This document shows, in pieces, positions 57,641 to 64,000 of a stretch of 64,000 nt of DNA. Below the pieces are notes generated by a model. The model saw only the letters and a program-made list of their open reading frames with translations, ran no database searches and was not told the origin of the DNA. The position numbers and the translations under genes were made by a program. Origin of the DNA: Patescibacteria group bacterium (GTDB taxonomy: Bacteria > Patescibacteriota > Patescibacteriia > UBA9570 > JAHJKD01); the NCBI GenBank assembly GCA_041660885.1, contig JBAZVM010000006.1, positions 15,063 through 79,062 of the forward strand, in the 5' to 3' direction. Every line of letters starts with the position of its first letter. The first letter of the stretch is position 1.

Positions 57641-57825
57641 CCTCTGGCTGGAGGTGAGCCCCGATCTTGGCCACGGGTGAGTTGGCCAAAAAACACTGCC
57701 CCGGGTTCCTTCACGAAGGGACCTGGGCAACTGGGAGGAGAAGTGAGATCAATCAAGACACAGCATCTTCTCTTCCCTTCCAGTTCAGTGCTTCTTAGCA
57801 AAGCTAGGGAGCAGTGAGAATGGAA
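57641..57825 (+). ncRNA. cassette 3-prime structured module, copy 1 (pseudoknot, mid hairpin, SD-like hairpin HP1, hairpin HP2)
   Basis: Pseudoknot: CCCG-ATCTTGGCCA-CGGG (57660-57677) with loop TTGGCCA pairing to TGGCCAA (57683-57689). Mid hairpin 57700-57727. HP1 57729-57785, with core GGGAGGAGAAG / CTTCTCTTCCC. HP2 57789-57813. Confidence 0.6.
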
Positions 57826-58021
57826 TTCGTTCTTTACAATAAAATCCGATTCAATAGCCCATTTGCAGGATAACCGGGCTGCGAAATATGACTGCATCAT
57901 AAATGATGTATCCATATTCCGTGGCCTGGCCTGCTAGGGTGCCTAAGTTCTTGTGCAGAGGGATTGTCCCACCGCGCATTTACCCCGGCTCCTTTTGGGC
58001 TGGGCCAGAACACGGTAACAC

Positions 58022-58042
58022 GGCCCTACTATCTATAGGGCC
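58022..58042 (+). promoter_or_regulatory. leader hairpin immediately upstream of the cassette-2 RBS
   Basis: GGCCCTA-CTATCTA-TAGGGCC, followed by a GGAG RBS at 58049-58052. Confidence 0.4.
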
Positions 58043-58058
58043 ATCACTGGAGAACGCC

Positions 58059-58502
<444 letters not shown>

Positions 58503-58685
58503 TCTCGGTGCCAGCTAGTCCGATCTTGATCCCGGACGATAATTGTGGATCACACCTACAGCCCCGAGTCCTAGATAGGACATCGGGCAACTGGGAGGAG
58601 AAGTGAGATCATACATGTTACAGCATCTTCTCTTCCCTTCCAGTTCAGTGCTTCTTAGCAAAGCTAGGGAGCAGTGAGAATGGAA
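58503..58685 (+). ncRNA. cassette 3-prime structured module, copy 2
   Basis: Pseudoknot: GTCCG-ATCTTGATCC-CGGAC (58518-58537) with loop TGATCC pairing to GGATCA (58547-58552). Mid hairpin 58563-58587. HP1 58589-58645. HP2 58649-58673. The last 100 nt equal copy 1 except for a 10-nt loop segment. Confidence 0.6.
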
Positions 58686-58698
58686 AAGGGGAGTAACT

Positions 58699-58782
58699 GA
58701 ATCACAGATTACGCAGATAAATATAGATAACACAGATATATTTTTAAGAGTAATCAGTATTAATCTGTGTAATCTGTGATTC
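58699..58782. mobile_element. CACAGAT-type inverted-repeat element A (MITE-like, no ORF)
   Basis: Left arm GAATCACAGATTACGCAGATAAA. The right arm reverse complement is GAATCACAGATTACACAGATTAA. 38-bp AT-rich centre. Confidence 0.55.
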
Positions 58783-58841
58783 AACGCCCTATGAGAAAAT
58801 CGTCGTACCTTTAAATTTATTATCAACCCCTTAACGGGTTT

Positions 58842-58897
58842 CAGGTCATGGAAGATGCGCGTTATATGAAAATATAACGATCGTCTCCCATGACCTG
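58842..58897 (+). promoter_or_regulatory. 56-nt extended hairpin with GAAA tetraloop in the cassette-3 leader
   Basis: 26-bp stem (3 mismatches, 1 GU pair) capped by GAAA. Its 3-prime arm overlaps the conserved GACCTGGCCCGCG motif. Confidence 0.55.
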
Positions 58898-58981
58898 GCC
58901 CGCGCCAGAGCTCGCACAAGGAGCATCCTGGCCAAGAAAGGGTCGGGTCAGTCTTGGGGTCACCCAGAACAGGAGTATGCC

Positions 58982-59296
58982 GTGAACATCAACTCGTGGT
59001 GGAAGTGGCTGTTGACCGTCGTCGTCACCCTCGTGGTCTTCGGACTCGGCATCGTCGTCGGGCACTACGCGTGGACTCCGTCCAACGCGCCCGTCGTCGT
59101 CGCGCAGTCCCAGACCTACCCCGACTTCCAGCAGCTCGCCGCGCTTGCCGCGAGCGGGTACGAGGTGGAGGTGGTCTACAACACCCCCGCCACCGTCCCC
59201 GTCGAGGTGCCGGTCTACGTGCCCGTCGAGGTCGAGCGCATCCCGGCCGAGGAGCCGAGCAAGGGCTCCAAGGCGTCGAAGGCCCCCGCGCGCTAG
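58982..59296 (+). CDS. high-GC cassette 3: small N-terminally anchored protein (104 aa)
   Basis: AGGAG RBS 6 nt upstream of the GTG start. TM helix WKWLLTVVVTLVVFGLGIVVG. Val/Pro/Glu-rich tail. Confidence 0.6.
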   Translation: MNINSWWKWLLTVVVTLVVFGLGIVVGHYAWTPSNAPVVVAQSQTYPDFQQLAALAASGYEVEVVYNTPATVPVEVPVYVPVEVERIPAEEPSKGSKASKAPAR

Positions 59297-59470
59297 CAGT
59301 AGCGCATGGGATAGTCCGACTCTGACCCCGGACGAAAATTGTGGGTCAAAGCTACGAAAGGGTACCCTTCGGGGGACCCGCGGGAGGGAACTGAGATATG
59401 ACTGCAACAGCATGTTCTCTCCCTTCCGCAAAAGTGTTCGTGAGGTTTCTACATAAATAAACCTCGAGAA
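59297..59470 (+). ncRNA. cassette 3-prime structured module, copy 3 (diverged, with compensatory changes)
   Basis: Pseudoknot: GTCCG-ACTCTGACCC-CGGAC (59314-59333) with loop TGACCC pairing to GGGTCA (59343-59348). Mid hairpin with UUCG loop 59360-59379. HP1 GGGAGGGAAC / GTTCTCTCCC 59382-59423. Terminal hairpin 59442-59465. Confidence 0.6.
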
Positions 59471-59486
59471 TAGTTAGCGGAATAAA

Positions 59487-59597
59487 GGTATCACAGACGG
59501 AATCACAGATTACACAGATAAATAAAAAATAAACACAGATAAGAAAACATCTGTGCAATCTGTGATCAATGTATTTATCTGCGGCATCCGTGATTCC
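59487..59597. mobile_element. CACAGAT-type inverted-repeat element B (MITE-like, no ORF)
   Basis: Outer inverted repeat 59499-59524 versus 59572-59597 (22 of 26 match). Nested inner CACAGAT/ATCTGTG repeats. Confidence 0.55.
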
Positions 59598-59648
59598 CTT
59601 ACTCCTTGCTGGACATATTAATTATTTCAGGTATTATAATAAACAAGG

Positions 59649-59675
59649 CGGCTCCCAATGCGGAGGCGTTTTTTT
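59649..59675 (+). terminator. intrinsic terminator
   Basis: CGGCTCC-CAATGC-GGAGGCG stem followed by T7. Confidence 0.55.
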
Positions 59676-59691
59676 ATTTATGGCGATGAAT

Positions 59692-60169
59692 GAATCACAA
59701 ATCACACAGATAAATCTCCGGATGGTATCGATAATTAATTTATTTAATATAAATATATGGAAGAAAATAATAAGGAAATAACATATAAAGTTATAGGTGT
59801 TGCTTATGAAGTACATAATAATTTGGGACCGGGGTTTCAAGAGGTTATTTATCAAAGGGCGCTGGCGCGAGAATTTATGGCAAAAAATATTAATTTCGCG
59901 CGTGAAGAATGGATTCCGGTATACTATAAAAATACCGTAATTGGAAAAAGAAGAGTGGATTTTACACTGTCAAAAATCATCGTCGAAATAAAAGCAAGAG
60001 CTGAAATTAAACCTAAAGATTACATTCAAACTTTATCATATTTAAAAGCGACTAAATTTAAAATAGCTCTGCTATTAAATTTTGGTACGAAACAACTACA
60101 AGTCAAACGATTTATTAATTAATCTAGTTATCTGTGTTTATCTGCATTCATTTGTGTCATCTGTGATTC
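59692..60169. mobile_element. CACAGAT-type inverted-repeat element C carrying the GxxExxY gene
   Basis: Left arm GAATCACAAATCACACAGATAAAT (59692-59715). The right arm reverse complement is GAATCACAGATGACACAAAT (60150-60169). Confidence 0.55.
59757..60122 (+). CDS. GxxExxY family protein (PD-(D/E)XK nuclease-like)
   Basis: 121 aa. Eponymous motif GFQEVIY. Overall pattern YxVIGxAxEVHxxLGxGFxExxYxxAL...RxDFxxxxxIVEIKA...LNFG matches recalled family members. Confidence 0.8.
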   Translation: MEENNKEITYKVIGVAYEVHNNLGPGFQEVIYQRALAREFMAKNINFAREEWIPVYYKNTVIGKRRVDFTLSKIIVEIKARAEIKPKDYIQTLSYLKATKFKIALLLNFGTKQLQVKRFIN

Positions 60170-60187
60170 AGCTACTCCCTTTTGTTC

Positions 60188-60216
60188 TTGACATTTTCCT
60201 CTTCGCATGTTACGTT
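60188..60216 (+). promoter_or_regulatory. candidate promoter for cassette 4
   Basis: TTGACA at 60188-60193, 17-nt spacer, TACGTT at 60211-60216. Confidence 0.45.
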
Positions 60217-60404
60217 ATTTCGTTCTCCTGCCCATTTCCCATGGGGATTTTTGCGGCGAATTTTTGTGTTTATTTTAGCCGTATAAACCCCCAAAGGACA
60301 ATGGGGAGTTTCTCAAGCCGTTACCACAGGGGTGGAACGGCGATGTGCGACAGGAAGAGAGAACCCGCCCTCCCACGATAGTGGGACGGCATAGTGAGAA
60401 GACA

Positions 60405-61661
<1,257 letters not shown>

Positions 61662-61750
61662 GTTTTTTTGGCAGCGCCCCGCTATGGCGAGGTGCCTGCC
61701 CCCGGGAGGAGAAGTGAGATTGTCAGCTACTGCATCTTCTCTTCCCTCCC
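61662..61750 (+). ncRNA. cassette 3-prime module, copy 4 (a different upstream hairpin, then HP1)
   Basis: GGCAG(CGCC-CCGCTAT-GGCG)AGGTGCCTGCC hairpin. HP1 GGGAGGAGAAG / CTTCTCTTCCC at 61704-61746, with loop TGAGAT-TGTCAGCTAC-TGCAT. Confidence 0.5.
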
Positions 61751-61876
61751 GACGTATTATCCTTTAATCCTTAGAGGCTAGTATATTGGGAGAACAAGCC
61801 CGTGTTCTCCATGTACTCCGTGTCTTCGTGATTCAGTTCCGGAATCATTGTAACTTCGTAAAAAATATGTCATAAT

Positions 61877-62731
61877 TTGGCTATGTTAAGAAATTGTTTC
61901 TATTATTTTTTTGGTATTATAATTTTATTCATTAATAAAATAAGATACGGCTTTTTTGGATATAAAAAACCGCGAGATTTTCCGGTTTCGGCTATGGAAA
62001 AGGCCATTAAATACGATCAGTCCGTGGTTGATGGCTGGCTGATAAATCTAAAACAATACGAGGGCATGGATATCAAAGATAAAACCGTGCTGGAATTAGG
62101 CCCGGGAGCCGATTTAGGCATTGCCCTGCTTTTATTAAACAAAGGCGCGAAAAAATATACGGCTTTGGATGTAAATAATTTGGTTGAAACCGTGCCCGAA
62201 TTATTCTATGAAAAATTATTGGAAAGCATCAATAATAAGGAATTAATCAGCGCTTTAAAAGATAAAAATAAAATAAATTATATTTGCGATAAAAATTTCA
62301 ATATTTCAAAAATAAATATTGAAGATAGCGCAATAATATTCAGCCAAGCCGCGTTTGAACATTTCAGCGATCCGGAAAAAGCCTTAGAGCAATTAAGCCA
62401 AACAGCAAAATCTGGCGCTATTCTGATAGCCGAGGTGGATTTGCAAACGCACACTAAGTGGCTGCGCGAAAAAGATCCTTTAAACATTTATCGTTATGCC
62501 AATAATATATATAATTTATTCCATTTTTCCGGAATACCAAACAGAATCCGTCCGCAGGAATATAAAAAAATATTGGAAAAAAATAATTGGAAGAATGTAG
62601 TGATTAAACCGAAGAATATCTTAAGCGGCCAAGAGCTAAAAAAAATAAGCCCCAGGCTGGCTGAACCGTTTAATCAGGAATCAGCTCAAATGCAAACGCT
62701 CAGTTTTATTTTATGCGCCACCAAAAAGTAA
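61877..62731 (+). CDS. class I SAM-dependent methyltransferase
   Basis: Motif I VLELGPGADLG. Rossmann-like layout. The probable start is ATG 61883. Confidence 0.75.
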   Translation: MAMLRNCFYYFFGIIILFINKIRYGFFGYKKPRDFPVSAMEKAIKYDQSVVDGWLINLKQYEGMDIKDKTVLELGPGADLGIALLLLNKGAKKYTALDVNNLVETVPELFYEKLLESINNKELISALKDKNKINYICDKNFNISKINIEDSAIIFSQAAFEHFSDPEKALEQLSQTAKSGAILIAEVDLQTHTKWLREKDPLNIYRYANNIYNLFHFSGIPNRIRPQEYKKILEKNNWKNVVIKPKNILSGQELKKISPRLAEPFNQESAQMQTLSFILCATKK

Positions 62732-62732
62732 T

Positions 62733-64000
62733 ATGAAACAATTTCCAGGCATCCGCGACAATCAAATGGAAATTATTTGTACTATCTTCGGCATTGCTTG
62801 CGTAAGTTTTTTTCTATTAGCCGTTATCGTCAGCGGTTTTAATCTTCTGTTGTACATATTCTGTTTTTCTTTGGTATCTATTGTGATTTTTCTTTACCCC
62901 CGCATTGGAATTTCTATTGCGATTTTTTCTACCGTTGTTTTTGAAAGGATTTTTACCCTCACTCCGCTGATAATTTCCGACGCGGAATACAAATTTTATC
63001 CCTTAGACCTAATAATCGTTATCACATTAGTGGCTTGGCTGATGCCTTATTTGGTAAATAGAAAAAAAATATTAAATTTTCAGCAAAACAAATGGTTGAT
63101 AATCAGCTGTTCTTGTTTTTTCTTTTTATTGGCAATCAGTTTTGTGCGCGCTTATTTAACCGGCGCCGATTTAGCCTTGGCTTTCAGCGCTAATAAAAAT
63201 TTTATTTTTTACAGCTTATTTTTTCTTTTAGTGGTTGCTTTAATCGATAATAAACATAAATTAATTACTTTGTTAGCCTCGTCTTTTTTTGGCGCTATCA
63301 GCGTTTTATCGATATTTCTTATGGGTTTGATTACCGGCCAAGCCGTGTTCACGGAATATATACCCCTTTCCACTTATGGTGAACGCTATTTGGGCGGCGG
63401 TTATACTTTTTTTCTGGCTTTAGCCGTAATTTGGATTTTTTCTTTCTTTGTTTTTAAACAGTATAAAGAAAAGAATTGGCTTTATTATTCGGTTTGGGTT
63501 GCGTTATTGATAAGTTTAATAGCGCTGGCGCTTTCCTTGATCCGCCATATCTGGCTGGGTCTAGCCGTGGCTGTAATTTTTTATTTTATTTTTTTGGGGA
63601 AAAGGCAAAAATGGGAATTCGCGAAAATTGTTTCCATTATGCTGTTCTTGATTGTTTTAGGTACTTTTTTAGTGCTCTATGTTAATTATTGGCAAGGAGA
63701 AGCGGGTTTCTCGGTAAAGGAATTATTTACCAGCATTTACCTCCGCGTACAATCGATTTTTACTTTCAGCTATGCCGATGATAGCGCGTTATGGAGAAGA
63801 GAAGCTTGGCTGGCGGCTTATAAAGTGTTTACGCACAATATAGTTTTTGGCATCGGCTTGGGAAAAACTTTAACTTTGGAATTATTCAATTACGAAAGCG
63901 AAGTAGACATTCGGGAACTGCACAACGATTTCGTGGCCATTGCTTTGCAAATGGGTCTTACCGGCCTTTTGCTTATATTCTGGTTCATTTTTGAAATTAT
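62733..64000 (+). CDS. O-antigen ligase / Wzy-like polytopic membrane protein (3-prime end outside the window)
   Basis: Hand translation from ATG 62733 stays open to the window end and is absent from the ORF track. Multiple TM helices. Wzy_C-like motif ELHNDFVAIALQMGLTGLL. Confidence 0.65.
   Translation, partial: MKQFPGIRDNQMEIICTIFGIACVSFFLLAVIVSGFNLLLYIFCFSLVSIVIFLYPRIGISIAIFSTVVFERIFTLTPLIISDAEYKFYPLDLIIVITLVAWLMPYLVNRKKILNFQQNKWLIISCSCFFFLLAISFVRAYLTGADLALAFSANKNFIFYSLFFLLVVALIDNKHKLITLLASSFFGAISVLSIFLMGLITGQAVFTEYIPLSTYGERYLGGGYTFFLALAVIWIFSFFVFKQYKEKNWLYYSVWVALLISLIALALSLIRHIWLGLAVAVIFYFIFLGKRQKWEFAKIVSIMLFLIVLGTFLVLYVNYWQGEAGFSVKELFTSIYLRVQSIFTFSYADDSALWRREAWLAAYKVFTHNIVFGIGLGKTLTLELFNYESEVDIRELHNDFVAIALQMGLTGLLLIFWFIFEI

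Noticed and set aside
57733-57815. Small ORFs starting at the GTG that follows the GGAGGAGAA tract in the HP1 hairpins (17-25 codons).
   Set aside because: The conserved nucleotides fall in different reading frames in different copies (QHLLFPS versus TASSLPS), and copy 3 lacks the GTG. Conservation is at the nucleotide and structure level, not the peptide level.
57641-57825. Cassette 3-prime modules considered as integron attC sites, with the locus as an integron cassette array.
   Set aside because: There are no RYYYAAC / GTTRRRY core pairs in the required outer position. The AACT/AGTT pairing is oriented the other way. No intI or attI is present in the window, and the pseudoknot-type covariation is not an attC feature. 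An analogous cassette logic remains possible, but it is not a canonical integron.
57886-57896. The 11-mer ATATGACTGCA is shared between the cassette-2 leader and the HP1 loop of cassette 3 (59396-59406), as a possible loop-target pairing.
   Set aside because: The match is sense-to-sense, not complementary. An 11-nt coincidence within a few kb is not clearly beyond chance. It should be re-examined only if more loop/leader matches appear.

Overview
The window is AT-rich and gene-dense, with almost all genes on the + strand. The gene content looks like a small-genome anaerobic fermenter of the Patescibacteria/CPR type; this assignment is inferred from content and composition only. UGA is used as a stop codon and RF2 is present, so the standard bacterial code applies.

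Recognisable blocks:
- Oxidative-stress genes: rubrerythrin and desulfoferrodoxin.
- mntP, epmA, an S8 protease, prfB and glmS.
- A comEC gene split by an IS200/RAYT-like tnpA that is flanked by REP-like hairpins.
- PPi-PFK and class II aldolase.
- DsbA/thioredoxin-like proteins.
- A four-subunit 2-oxoacid:ferredoxin oxidoreductase.
- A mosaic group-3b-like NiFe sulfhydrogenase operon. Its beta subunit is frameshifted and several unrelated genes are inserted.
- Pentose-phosphate and glycerate genes.
- HtrA, a GldA/F/G-like ABC system, lgt, and rplJ-rplL with a leader/attenuator.
- Several large hypothetical envelope proteins.
- Surface-polysaccharide genes: Wzz-like, a methyltransferase, and an O-antigen-ligase-like gene.

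The outstanding region is about 55.8-61.8 kb:
- It starts with a tRNA-like gene whose anticodon stem is broken, next to an inverted partial copy of itself.
- A strong promoter then drives a roughly 0.7 kb leader rich in GNRA-capped hairpins.
- Four high-GC ORFs follow (about 70% G+C in a sampled line, against 22% in a sampled line just downstream). All four carry export signals.
- Each ORF is framed by related 5-prime motifs and by a conserved 3-prime structured module: a pseudoknot, a mid hairpin, and an SD-like hairpin with a hypervariable loop. The stems show compensatory substitutions between copies.
- The cassettes are interleaved with AT-rich CACAGAT-type inverted-repeat elements, one of which carries a GxxExxY nuclease-like gene.
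- I saw no integrase, reverse transcriptase, or attC-type site.

I regard this as a candidate undescribed cassette or riboregulatory system. An assembly chimera must be excluded first.
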